Shown: positions 39,501 to 54,792, counted from the stretch's first letter. The stretch is DNA of 64,000 bases from Adineta vaga (GCA_021613535.1 CP075497.1:5456001-5520000); one strand, 5' to 3'. Translations and numbers: made by a program. The notes: generated from the sequence alone by a model not told the origin.

Positions 39501-42332
39501 TGAATGAGTTTTTATTCTATATAATTAAATCAAATCGAACTGTATGAAATGAATAAGATATTATTCGCCGGTTTCTTTCCTATTATTGATGCCATTTACT
39601 TATGTAAGAATCCTAGAGCTGTTTGTTAATAAGCTTATTTTTTGTGTCTATGATATTATTTAACCAAAGTATTTATGCTTCTGGTTATCTCAAACGCGCC
39701 TGCTAATGATTGAACGAAAACAACAAAAACAGCAACAATAATAACATCACATCGTAATAGTCCTAGACTAACAACGATGAGCGTTCGAGTACAATATAAA
39801 AACAACTGTTCGACCATAGATAAAATATAACAATATAGATTTATATCGATCAACGAAGAATTAATTTTGTGCGTAATATTTCTCTCGTTTTATCGATTAG
39901 TATAAGGACTGTTGCTGCTGTTGTTATTGTTGTTGTTGTTGTTATTGCTATAACTATCAGTATTATCAAATATCTTGAATCTTTCTTCCTATCTTCTTTA
40001 CCCTACATCATGTCGTTGCGAATTCCATAACAAATCAATTCTACTCTATGTTGTGTACGCGTTCTGCATGTAATAGTAACAGTCGAGATGTCAAAACGTT
40101 GCACGAACATACAGCTGATCATCATATATAACATCCTTTCTGTGTAGAATATGCGTGTATATAGACTTCTCGCACGCGTTATTCTTTTTTACTATTCTAT
40201 ACATTTTTTCTTCTGTTCTTTTTCTCTCTCTCTCTCTCTGCTTCTCTTTCTCTCCTTCGTCTTTCCTTTATTTTTTTTCATACTGCTGGATATAAAGCCC
40301 ATAAAGCGAAGAAACCAGCCGAGTATTCTACTACTATTCTCGAACGTTGCACTCACGCACAAACACACATACTACGTGAATTTGTCGGCACCACTTCAAC
40401 GTCCTTAAATCGATTCAATTTTCATGTGATAGGCATTGTGTGTGCTTTTTTCTGGATACTTCATTTTAAAAAAAAGAAAAGAATCCAAAATCGAAAAGAA
40501 GGAAAGAAAGGTGAGTGTTGTCTCTGCCTATTTCTTTTGACGTTTATACAAATCCATGCACACACACACACACATTTTTGTAATATAGGTCTTTGAATTG
40601 ATAGAAATTGGATAAAATTATGTCGATATGACGTAAGAAGAAGAATAAGAATGGTGACAATTCAGACGTTTGTCACATATATACCCAGATATATAAGCAC
40701 ATCCGATCGTAAAACTATTGGCACACATATCAGTTGACTATAGGGAATATATACAATTCGAGTACCATTATAAAAATAAGAGTCATTAATAGTATCAACT
40801 AGAGTAGAAAAAAATGCATTTTTTTTGTCCAATTTTCTAATCAATTAAATCGAAAGAAAAGATTATGTTGCGATATGAAAATTAGAAAGTATCAATAGTA
40901 TTTCCTTCTTACATATTATCAAGATACTTTGAAAGTTGAATTGATAAAGCTAGAAGATTGAGATAATGTATTAAATTTCACGTAACATCAATTTCTTTTT
41001 CTTTTCGTGCTCTTTTCCTGAAGTAAAGGTTGAAAAATTACATTAGTTCAGTATTTATATAGAACAAGAACTTTATACGCTTCGATAACCTTGATGTATT
41101 CTAAGAGATAGTATATATTCTTCATATATGCCCTCAAGCCAAGAACGAGTCAGTCCAAGCAGCTATATTTTCATCGCAGAGAAAAATGACACTCGTAGAT
41201 TCTCTCATTATTCACCTTGTAATGAGTAACTTCGGAAAGAAAAATCATTAGCGTTATATTTATATTTACATATATATATATCACAATTACATTCGCTTTT
41301 CAATTTATTGTTATTTTAGTTTTGAAGAGTATTACACGATATCGATAAGTAACATTACTAAATAGAACATATACACATTGTTATTATAACAACTCGCATG
41401 TTTATTGTAATACACAATATAAACTAGCTCAATTTATAGACATGAACTTGATATATAAGACGAACAGTAGAGAGAAGTGAAGTGGTACTTGTGTATATGT
41501 ATGTTTTTTTTTGCTTCATTTGAAAAAGAAAAGGTATAGTTTCAATGTACAAGTGAAGTAAACATATGTTAGGGAGTAGCAATGTTGTTGTCATCAATTA
41601 AATTCTTGGAGTGTATGTCTGACGTTTAGATAGTACTAGACATGTCTGTTAATCATCAATGTATAAATTCTTGATCATCATCATTATTATTATGTCTATT
41701 TCGCTCTTTTTCTCTTCTCAATGCCATCTAACATGCAAAAACGTTCTACCGAATCTAATGATGATCTATACATAATATACACGAAAGTAGTTCGCTCGCT
41801 TCTCTCACGGCTATGCTACGCCTCGTATATTTATATTATAAATATGTTATATGCAATGACTTATTATACATACTGTTCGTCATTATCATTGACAAGGAAA
41901 AATATTTAGTGGACCATGTAAAAGACGACGAGAGAGTCTTTTTCATCAGTTAGTTTCTCTTTCCCTCCTTCTACTACTCGTTTTAGACATATGCAATCCA
42001 TCTTTATCATTCATTTCGTATGTATATAATGAATACAGACAAGTATCACATACCTAATCGGTGTGTATATCAGCAGAATACATACGTATTCAAATAAAAA
42101 CTTCAGTAATAGATTGGTTTATATTGACATGCTACTTGAAAATCGTTCGAGAAGAGAAGAATAGTAAAATAAGAAGAAACACACGTATACACATCGAAGC
42201 TTTTTTCTTTTTTCGTTTGAATATTAAGCTGAACGGTCGTACTTTGAATGAGGGTTGAAGGATGAAAGACAATCTTATTATTAATATGTTCTTTCGATTT
42301 TTAATTCTAGTATTACTTAAAAGGAAATAATA

Positions 42333-45300
42333 ATGAAGAATTTCGTTGTTAAAACATCACTTGGTATACTTATTTTACTTGTGTTGGTGGAGGCGGATGT
42401 AGAAAAGTCAAATACGAATTTTAATCAACGATGTCAAGTAAATAAATATATAATATAATTCTATAATCATTAATGTATATATTTTTTTCTACTATTCAGA
42501 CTTTGAATTGTAATCCAACAACAGAAATCTGTCTAAGAACTCCTAATTGTGATGATAGTAAACAAGACGATCCGTTAAAATGTTATTATTGTGCTTTCAA
42601 AAGTGATCCTAATCCAGACATAGTTTCTAAAACTTTACTCACTTCGTCTATTTCACAACAAAAACCATTAGCACCTCGTCTATTAGCAAAATCAGGTACA
42701 CCACGTCTTTTAGCTGATAGTCGTGGTTTGGCAACAACTCCTATTACAGGAAAATCTGTTAATAAAACAACTGATGAATTATCTTATGATGATTATTATG
42801 AATATGATGAAGAGGAAAATACAGATAAAAATGATTTAGGCGAAGAAGATGAATATCTTGATGATTATGCTGAACCCATCGATTCAATTGTTCCAAGTTC
42901 GAATACAATTCGTAAGATAGGAATTTGTCCTAAAGCAGTCGAACCTATTGGTAAATGTGATTCATCGAAACCAACTCAATCTGAATGTCGATTTGATACG
43001 GACTGTACTGGTGATCACAAATGTTGTGAATCATCATGTGGACAACGTGTTTGTCGAGCACCGATTACAAGTAAGAATGAGATAAAGATCATCTTAATAT
43101 GATTTTTCTGCACTGTTAGAGATGTAATATTTGTATATGAATCCGATTATTTCAGCAAAGTTGATCAGATTTGCATAAAATATTTTTTTCATCAAACAAA
43201 ACTCAATATTGAATAATTCAGTGAAGCGAAAAAAAGATAATATAGAAAACAAATTAATTAATTTCATTAAATACATCTGATATAAATCATTCTAATATTT
43301 ACAAAACATCGTTTCTTTTTCTTTTCAAATTATTTCTCCATAACCTTGGATAACATCATGAGACTTTTCATTTAGAGAAAATATTTACATTGTATTTGGA
43401 TCTTTGTTGACAGAATAGAAATAATAATTAAATTTCTTTCCGTTTTAGAAAGTGTTTCTGTATGTCCATTATCGTTTACATGCACACTAAATTGTCGACT
43501 TGGTTATCGAACTGATGCAAATGGATGTCTTCTATGCGAATGTCAATCATGTCCTTCGATGGATCGTTGCAATAAAAATTGTCCATCGGGATATTTAAAA
43601 GATTTATTTGGATGTGATATTTGTGAATGTAGTGATCAATGTCCACCATTTTCATGTGGTCTTCATTGTCCGAAAGATGTTGGTTTTGCTAAATCATCGG
43701 ATGGTTGTCCACTCTGCCAATGTGCAACAACGAAATCGAAACCAACAGAATATACAACTTCATGTCAAGTATATTCGACAATTGTCATGAACTTTTATTT
43801 TTAACTATTGTCATTTCTCCAATTAGGATGATGTTCATTGTCCTCCAGGGTTTCGATGTCTTAATGATGCACGTAACGTGCCAATGTGTCAAGCAGGTAT
43901 ATTGAAGAATTCTTTTTCTTTCTTAATTCTCTGCATGAATAATTATCTCTCAACTTTCTGAACGTTTATATGGCATAACAATTTCTTTTCTTTTTCTTTT
44001 TCTCTTTCTACATCATCTGAGGGGAAAAGAGAAAAAGTCTCCACGGCGGATTAAGGGAAGAAAAAAGTCGACGATAGGTCATAGTATGAAAAAGAAGGTG
44101 CATGCATCTTGTTAGTCGTAAATAAATCAACACCATAACACACCGAACCATGCAAAATAATACGAAGTTTCGCATGAGATATTTTTAGTAACAAGCAAAA
44201 TACAGTTATAAATACATTCTATCTGTTGTTTAGATTTATATTACTTTTATATTATAGTATCGTGAAACAAGCAGTGCACAGCATTTTTTTTTCTTCCTGT
44301 AATATTCTATCTGGAGAGAGAAGAGGAAAAAAAGACGGAGTGAACATTATATTATAAGATGGAGCAATGATAGAAGACATACAAGAAGAGAGAGAGAGAA
44401 AGCGAACAAAAAATAGAAAAAAAAGAAAGCAAACTAAGATAAAATCGTCTGTCGTATATTTCTTCTCTCTTTTTTTTCTTTACTACGCATTCTTCGATTT
44501 GTAAGAACATTGACATAAACGATTGATTTGTCATTCCTCGTTGATCGACAACAATAACAAGATTCTATTTGCTCCAAGGATAAAATATTTTTATTAGTTT
44601 TCTATAAAATTGTTCGAGATTCTTAGATGATTAAACTACTTAGTCGAATTCTGTCGAGTTTATTACTCGTTCATTATGTTTCAGCATTTTTACAATCAGC
44701 AATAGGTTTGATATTGTTCTTGTTTACTTCATACTTCATGTCTATGCTTTTAGTTTCCGAACTTGATGAACCACCATCACCAACCAAAGAATGTCCTACT
44801 AATTTGGCAACCACATGTAACCTTCGGTGTACAAATGGAAATTACTTACTCGATACCAAAGGATGTCCAACATGTGCATGTACATCTGAAGCATCGATCA
44901 AACGTATTGGTCGACCACCAATTAATTGCCCGTTAGTTAAATGTACGGAAGATTGTGGAGATCGTGGTTATAAACTTAATGCAAATGGTTGTAGAACATG
45001 TGAATGTTCATCAGTAGATTCCAAAGGTATTGCATCAAAACCACGTGTCGAATGTTCCGACCTAATGTGTCGTATGCATTGCGTTCATGGTTTTCGTCGC
45101 GATGAAAATGAATGCGAACTTTGTCAATGTAATGATTCTCCACAACCTTGTCCAAAATTAAATTGTCAAAATACATGTTCGAATGGTTACCGAAAAGATT
45201 ATAGTGGTGAGATTAGACGAAAAATAATATCTATTTAATATATTATCTATTTTTTGTTTGTCAGGTTGTCCAACATGTAAATGTAATGGAGATAAATCAC

Positions 45301-46485
45301 AGAAAACGATTGATGATAATAACGGTTGTTCACCAATGACAAACTGCAAGTTAAATTGTAAATATGGTTATGAACGAGACTTAGTTGGATGTCAATTATG
45401 TTCTTGTAATCAATGCCCTGTACAAAAATGTCGTATGTATTGTATGTATGGTTTTAAAAAGAATAATGATGGATGTGATGTTTGTGAATGCAATTGGGAG
45501 CCTGTTTCCGAAAATATTCAATGTAGTGAGGTAAAGAAAATTTAACGAAATTATCGTATGAATGATTGATTTCTTTGTCTTTATAGAGAATTCCGTGTAA
45601 GGGCAATCGTGTATGTAATGTCGATTTACATTTATGTGAATTAGTTAGTGGCGAGAAGATTAATTATTTTGTTTATGATTTTGACATTGATACCAAACTT
45701 TATAATGATCCAAAATTTGTTGCTACATTCAAAAAGTAAATCAATCTTTCTAACTTTAATGATAAATCTTTTTGTTGTTTCTTTTAGTGGTTTAATTAAT
45801 AATATTGCTACGAAATATGGCTTGGAACCAGCACAAATACTTGTTTCATCAGTTGAACGTAATGGTATCACAGGATTTCAAATAATGCCATATTATTTAG
45901 AAAATATGGGACAATTTCAAAGAAAAATGGATCAAATTGATCTTGATGTATGTTTAAAATTCAAATCGAGACGTGATTCTTTTTATGTCGTTATATCTAG
46001 TTGAGTTCAAAGGAATTTCGTACAGTTTTACCAGCTGTTGTCAATGCCGTTGATAAGAATATGCATGTATCAAGTAAATCATTATGGAGTCTTTTTGTAA
46101 ACAAGAAATGTTTGGGATCAATTTATGGTATAAGTGTTTTAATTGGAATTGTTGCTTTAATTCTTGCTGGACTCTACATTTTCGTAAGTTCAAAACTCAA
46201 TCCATGTTTATTTTTATATAAAATTTCTTCATATATGAAATTAGATTACTCGACAATGCAATATTTATCCACGTCGTTCAGAAGTAAATTCAGAATTTTC
46301 TTTTTTTATTGAAAAACTTATGAATTTCATTTTAGTCGAAATCACCTATCTTTGATACACCATATCATCCAGCACCAACAGAAGAAGAACAGTATCATGC
46401 TGTACATGCTCCTGATGGTACAGCTTATGTTGTCGTTGAAAATGAAGATTCACAGCCATTCAACGATAGAAAAGCACTTGTTTAA
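42333..46485 (+). CDS. Type I membrane protein with a WAP domain and nine antistasin-like repeats
   Basis: Signal peptide; acidic Tyr-rich tract; WAP (CPK...CRFDTDCTGDHKCC...CGQRVCRAP); nine C..C...C..G(Y/F)..D..GC..C.C repeats; TM YGISVLIGIVALILAGLYIF; tail ending DRKALV*. A probable 5'UTR exon has its donor near 40511. Confidence 0.85.
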
Positions 46486-47462
46486 ATAACTAAAGTATAT
46501 ACAATTTTATTTTTTTCTTTCTTTCAGTTTAATCTCTGAATCGTCGTCTGCTTATTATTATTTTTTGTTCATTATATCGCCGCACTCATTCTTCATTTAT
46601 CTGTCTCTCAATTCTTTATTCTCACGGTGATGTTGTCATTCAGTTTCGTTCTAACGTCCTTGATCAATCGAAGTCCCTTCTCTTTTTCTTTTCTTTTTTT
46701 TATTGTATTGTACAAAATTTTTTGCACTTCTTCATCGTACTTGAAAGATGTATTTATGTGTCACTTTGTATGTGTTCAAAGTATATGCGTATAGTAGAAA
46801 ACGAATAGACAGTATGAATTCTATTCATTTTCAACAGAATTTCAATGATTTAAACGAACTTTATTTGACACTAGAAGGTACCGAACACGATTTCATTGAG
46901 AAATTTCAAAAGAGGTTTTGAAGCATGCAAATGACAGATTTACAAGGATAAGCATCTGTCATGTGTCGAAGAATATTTATGTATCTATGTAACTTATTTG
47001 AAAAAAAAATGTTATACGTAGGATATGAAAATAACTGAGTGTCTACGATGATTATTTTAATGCGTGGATGGTTTGAATGGCATATGAAATTCTAACATGT
47101 CCACTTTCATTTCATTCTGTGCACATGTTAAATAGAAAAGAATAAATTCATTCTTCGCTTATCTTCAAGGTCCTTTATCGGTCAAATTGTTACTAAAGAA
47201 GTAAATCTAAATCATCTATTTTTGTATACAAAAATATTAATCAGAGATTTAAGCTTTTGAAATGTTATTTTTGAAAAGTATGATTTTGATATTGAAATAT
47301 GGAGAAAAAATAAACTATTAATAAATAGGAAATATCTCATTTTGCTTTATAAATATTTCTTAACATAAAGAAAAGATAAAATGACTCTCAAATTTTTTCG
47401 TTTCTTTTCTTATCTTTGAATTATCACGTGTGTATATTCTTCATAGTAATACATAGTTTGAA

Positions 47463-48523
47463 ATGACTGAAGGAGGTGTGATTTGTGCTGGATCAGTAAT
47501 TACAGATTACGTTGTCATTGTCGATCAATGGCCATCAGAAAATTCTCTATCAAATATTCATCGTCAAACGAAAACAGGCGGTGGTGGACCTTTCAATATT
47601 GTTAAAGATCTACGTGCAATGGATAAAAATTTACCATTATCAATCATTGGTTTAGTAGGTAATGATGATAATGGTCATTGGTTACGGAATGATTGTCAAA
47701 GTTCTGATATTAATATTGATCAATTACATATCACCAAAGATGAAACACCAACATCGTATACGTATGTAATTACGTTGAATCAACTGGTCGACGAACATTT
47801 TTCAATCAACGTGGTACTAACGCTCTATTGGATACTGTACATTTTGATTTTGATGCTTTAATGAAGACAAAACATTATAATGTTTTCTACCTTGGTTATA
47901 TTACAATACTTGATAGATTAGATCATATTGTTAATAATGAGACAGTTGCTGTACAAGTATTAAAACAAGCTAAGAAGTATGGATTAGAAACTGTCATTGA
48001 TTTTGTTAGTGTTCCAAATGAATTCTATTCAAAAATTGCTCAATTTACATTACCATATGTTGATCATTTAATTTTAAATGAAATTGAAGCTGGTCTTATT
48101 TTAAATCAATCATTTCAACAAGGTACTTTCTCACATGTAGAAGAAGCGGCACGATTTTTAATGGAAAATTTTCATGTACAACGTACTGTAACGATTCATT
48201 TTGATCGTGGTGCTATTTGCATCAGCCGAGAAAATAATTCAACAATTGAATGTTTCCATCAAGGATCACTTTTACTTCCTAAAGGATATATTAAAAGTGC
48301 CGTTGGTGCCGGCGATGCATTTGCTGCTGGTGTAATATATGGTATTAATAAAAAATGGCCTGTTCAAGAACGATTACGTTGTGGTGTTTGTGTTGCTGCC
48401 ATGTGTTTGAAAGATATTTCACCTTATAGTGGTGTTGAAACTATTGATGAATGTTTACAATTAAAAGAAAAATTTAACTTCCGAACAATTGAACCATCAA
48501 TGACTATTGTTGATGTTGAATAA
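47463..48523 (+). CDS. PfkB/ribokinase-family carbohydrate kinase, bacterial type, intronless; 1-nt frameshift at ~47772-47774
   Basis: TGGGGPFN, GLVGNDDNG, (V)ESTGRRTFFNQRGTN, LILNEIEA, SAVGAGDAFAAG (PfkB signature). Confidence 0.9.
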
Positions 48524-49396
48524 CTGATGCATGTTTTCTTGAATTTCTTTCATCGGAATTGATAGTTTTAGTGATGAATATGGTTTTTTTGCTTATAAGT
48601 CTTGATAATAGTTAGATAATTAGATAAAACATTCCGATCTATAAGTTCAGTTATCTCGAAGAATGTCAATCGTTATGTGATAGAATTTTTCATAGATAAA
48701 TGAAATATCAATTCTTATTAACTCATTCAATGTCAAACAACAATCATCTTCTTTTCTTTCAATAATGCTCCACTACGCGTTTTTTTATTGAACTTTCTCG
48801 TTATTAATTTCCGCTAGGCGTATTTGTAGAATTGATAAGTTTAGACGAAGACAATCTTTTCCTAAAGTTCATCGATAGAACTCAGTAATCAAATAAAAGC
48901 ACAAGCATATTCAATGTAACCATAATTTTGAAAATAAATGAGAAGAAAACTAAATCTCTCGACGTATTCGATCATTAATTTTAAATAGAAACGATTTACC
49001 ATCATGCAATCATTTAATACTATTATTTTCCTTGACAACTCTATTTATTAAACAAATAACTGAATTAAAATGATTGTTCATATATTTTCTTTTTTAGCGT
49101 GTTGATATGAACAAAAAATTATAAAGACGTAAGCTTTTTCTTTTTTTACAACGATGTATCACTTGAAATTTAATTAAAATATAAAAGTAGGAAAAAGAGA
49201 TAATTGATTTTTGTTTTTAAGTATTCGTCAAATATTTTTAATATAAAATTTTGTTCATGAGAATATTAATTGTTTATTTGTTTTCTTTGTCAATGGAAAC
49301 AATGTAACATCTTTCTTTTTATGTAAACAGTGAAAAACCCAACTTCGACTACATTATATTTCTTTTTCTTTACTTTAATAATCATTACTAAACAAT

Positions 49397-50233
49397 ATGT
49401 CGTCTTCACCTACTCCATCGTCGGCATCGTCAGTATTTCTGCCACCATCACCACGCGTTCAATCAGCAAATAATAAAACAAATGAAAAATTTTCGAAAGA
49501 TTCTATCGATACAATCACAACGTCAGTAGAATTATCTCGTCCAGCATCAGCACAAAAGTCAACAATCAATTCCACTGATGTAGGAATATTGCAAGATACA
49601 CATATTGTTAGTAATGAAGAAAGTCGTTCACTAACCGCCACTTCGAATGAGCGTCCGACTTCCGCAAGTAAACAATCTGTGGTGACTACTATTGCTGTTG
49701 AAACAACACGACCATCGTCAGCTATAAAAACTGAATCGATTTTAGCTTCTACCACAATAAGTTCAAGGCCAACATCTGCTAGTCAATCACAGGAGTTAGA
49801 TATTAAACATAATAGTATGATAGATTCAACAAATATAAGGCCAACCTCAGCCAATAACAAAACAGAAGATTTAACAACTAGAACTATTTCTGCGGCATCA
49901 AAAGGTTCAAGACCTCCATCGGCTATCACTACTCTTTCAACTTCGCGGCCATCATCAGCTCAGAAAAAGTTAGAAGAATCAATAACAAACAATACTGCCA
50001 CTGTAATAAAAGATGCTACATCAACTGCAATGAATTTAAATGATTTAAACACAACTCAGCCAGTTACAGGACGACCGTCTTCATCATCTTCAGCAGCAAA
50101 AAAATCATCGGTCGACGGACTCACTACAATTATTACTGCAATTCCGCTTCATTCTATCACATTAAATGACAATAATCAAATCTCGAACTCTACAGAACCA
50201 TTACCTACTACTTCACAAGATAATCCTACATAA
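49397..50233 (+). CDS. Intronless disordered Ser/Thr-rich protein with repeated RPxSA motifs
   Basis: 278-aa ORF with seven RPxSA motifs plus RPSSS and RVQSA. GC content is above the flanks. Confidence 0.75.
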   Translation: MSSSPTPSSASSVFLPPSPRVQSANNKTNEKFSKDSIDTITTSVELSRPASAQKSTINSTDVGILQDTHIVSNEESRSLTATSNERPTSASKQSVVTTIAVETTRPSSAIKTESILASTTISSRPTSASQSQELDIKHNSMIDSTNIRPTSANNKTEDLTTRTISAASKGSRPPSAITTLSTSRPSSAQKKLEESITNNTATVIKDATSTAMNLNDLNTTQPVTGRPSSSSSAAKKSSVDGLTTIITAIPLHSITLNDNNQISNSTEPLPTTSQDNPT

Positions 50234-50319
50234 TAAAACGTTCCTTCATATACTTCAACCTTTGGCGCATGAAAATTTTTTCTTCATAATTTTTTTTTCT
50301 TCAGTAAATTTCTTCTTAT

Positions 50320-50529
50320 ATGAATAATGCAACATTGTTTATTCTCTTTGGTTCTTTATTAGTATCAACTCTTGCTGGCATCATCTATATGGTAGTGATG
50401 ATAACAAACACTTCGTCGATCAAAACTCAATCACTTGATTTAGCTGAAGATCATCAACGAATTGATACAAAAGATCCATCAGCACCAAGATTTTCCGATA
50501 AATTTATTATAAATTCTTCTTATCCATAA
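50320..50529 (+). CDS. Small single-pass membrane protein (69 aa)
   Basis: ATG-initiated ORF with hydrophobic LFILFGSLLVSTLAGIIYMVVMI and a polar tail, preceded by a pyrimidine tract-AG. Confidence 0.55.
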   Translation: MNNATLFILFGSLLVSTLAGIIYMVVMITNTSSIKTQSLDLAEDHQRIDTKDPSAPRFSDKFIINSSYP

Positions 50530-50709
50530 AATAATCTCATTTTTATTCCTATTATTAATTTTACACTTGTAACACAACGTTTGCTTTTTTGTTTTTGTCC
50601 GTTCGAATTCAAATCAACTAATCATCTGACGAAAATAATAAATGATTATTCGTTCATTTTTTCCATTTTGTATTCTAGAAAAACAAAAATCATTTTCTAC
50701 TAGAATCAT

Positions 50710-52766
50710 TTTTTCTTCGATCATTTACTTCTAATAAGGATACCGCACGATTGTATGATGAATGTTCTTTCGGAATACGTCGAATTAAATGTTCCAATTG
50801 CATTCGATCTCGAAGAACATTTGCCATAGTCTTTTTTTACAAACGAAAAAGAGATAAGAAAACATTATACAAAATTAACTTACATCCATTGCAACATTGT
50901 AATTTTGATATTTCTCAGCATAATGAATTCGTCTTCTTGGATTGTGAATAAGATTTACAAATGATTCTGCTTTTTCACTCGCTTTTTCTTGACCTTCACC
51001 ACTTAATCTAACCCAATTGTAAACCATCTCTGCGAAATTTTCCGGTTCTATGATGTATTTCTTACTAAATAAATGCTTGAGAAGAGAAAAAAAAACGATG
51101 CAAATGTTTGTTCTCGCTCAACTCGAAATCTAATAGAAACCTGACGCATTGCTTGTTGAACAAAATCCTCATAGTGTGTTCGTATAGTTAAATGTGTTAT
51201 CATAGATAATCTTGCACACATGATCATCTCTTCCGTTAACTATTCAATAAAAATAGAAGGATTTAAGTAGGAAATGAAGAAATCTATTTACATTTAAAGC
51301 CGATTCGAGTTCTTTACTTCGATGAAAATTCTGAAACAAATGTTTATATATAATTGATTCCAATAAAAGATTACTTACTGTTGCTTTATCACCATTTCGT
51401 TGATATTTATGTCGTCGAAAATCGACTTCATACATTGTTTTGTACGTATCACGTGTAGTTCGATTTTCTAATTGAATATTATTATCAGAAGATATGGAGG
51501 ACTAGTACAAAAAAGAAACGAAACTTCATGAAATCAATTAAATGATTTTTCATTTACACTTTGTAATTCTCGTTGTGTACGAAGTAAATGTTGATATTCA
51601 CCAATTTGTGAATACCACCATTGATGAGAACGAAGATCACTAGAATTATTCAAAAAATAATGTAGATAAGACAAATTGAGAATGAATTTTACTTCGCAGC
51701 TTGATCAAGTAAAGACATTTTACTATGAAAATCAGTTTTCTGATTTGCTTGTCGAAGACGTATCATCTCAATAAAATGAAATAATTGTAATCATATTCTT
51801 TCATTTTACTTACAGCTACATCTTCATTTCGATCGAATTCTCTATGAATAAAAATTTAAAATAAATAACGAATGAAATCATTGATCTAATACTTAAGCAT
51901 GGCAATGTAATAATCATTTGGAAGTCGTAATTTTGCGATATTTATATAGTTTCTAATTGCTGATGGATGTTGTTTAAGTAATTCGTAGAATACAGATTTT
52001 GATAGAGTATTTTCAAGAAATAAGATTACCTAGATAGGATAAGAAGGGAGAGGAATTGAGAATGAATGATTAGTTAGTAATTCATTACCGGAACAGTGAT
52101 TTTTGGTGTATTGAATGAAACAGCAATGCGTAATAAAGAAACTTTTTTATCATAATCTCGACAATTATAGAAATTCACATTCTAAAATCGAATACACAAA
52201 GAGCAAATTTTCTATTTTTGATTATTTACTTTATTTTCCATTAAATCTTGACAGAGTGTTTTCATTTCTTTATCGTGTTGTGAACTTGAATCTTTCGTAA
52301 ATGATTCCACTAAAATCCAGTCATTTTATGCCTAATAAATCTTCATTTAAATTATATTACCTGGCTCATCAATATTCGGTTGCCACTGTGCGCTAGAACG
52401 TGTTCCATCCGATGAGATCGAAGAATTTGAATGACTAAATCTATCACCTGAAATAGTTTCATTTTCTTTCAATGAAATCATTTTTCTAATAAAAGATAGT
52501 ACCATGTTTATGACGAAATACCGCTTTCGGCGATTCTGAATGATCATGTGAATGATATTGCATTGAAATAGCATCACTTTGATCATTATTGTAATCACAT
52601 CTGAACGACGAGAATTTGTAGATAAATCACTTGTTGATGCGAATTCGTGCGATAAATTTGAACTTGGAAGACCGAGACTTTGTTCAAATTTCTCTAATTT
52701 TTTACCAACTTTATGAAAAAGATTGCGATGAACTTTTTTCATTGGTTTAGAAGCGTCATTTTCCAT
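50710..52766 (-). CDS. Helical protein, possibly VIPAS39/SPE-39 (Vps16 C-terminal-like); 3' end approximate
   Basis: About 10 short exons. LIFLENTLSKSVFYELLKQHPSAIRTYI resembles an SPE-39 block. The gene is well supported but the identity is tentative. Confidence 0.5.
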
Positions 52767-53119
52767 GATTAAAATATTTCGACGAATCTTTCTTTAAAAT
52801 AATTTTTTTGCGTTGTATGGATGAATGCACGTTTACATACAGAATAAAAATGTCAATGGTTAAACTTTTTCGTTTTCTCTTCTTTTCCAACAAAACGTAC
52901 ACGTGAAGAAAAAAAACAACACACGTAAATTTACATTTACCGTTCTCTTATTTAGTAGGTTAATCAAAAGCACATGAAATACCTTTTGTTGGCACAAGGT
53001 TAATACGAACGAAGAGTGTTTTTTCTTATCTTATTTGAATTCAATGCTATAAATTCGTTTAGTTTTGTATTTATACACAATGAACTTGAAGAAGAAGAAA
53101 AAAGAAGAGAAAAATATTT

Positions 53120-54792
<1,673 letters not shown>

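Noticed and set aside
36863-42258. Numerous 60-90-aa ORFs in the long intergenic region
   Set aside because: F/L/I/K-rich translations of AT-rich and microsatellite sequence, with no coding signature.
46860-47200. Slightly GC-richer stretch with a short inverted repeat (atgacagat...atctgtcat) upstream of PfkB, as a possible MITE or HGT scar
   Set aside because: A 9-bp inverted repeat is expected by chance; no TSD or second copy seen.
49459-49755. Minus-strand 98-aa ORF (similarly 54223-54459 and 61419-61631)
   Set aside because: In-register antisense of real coding exons.
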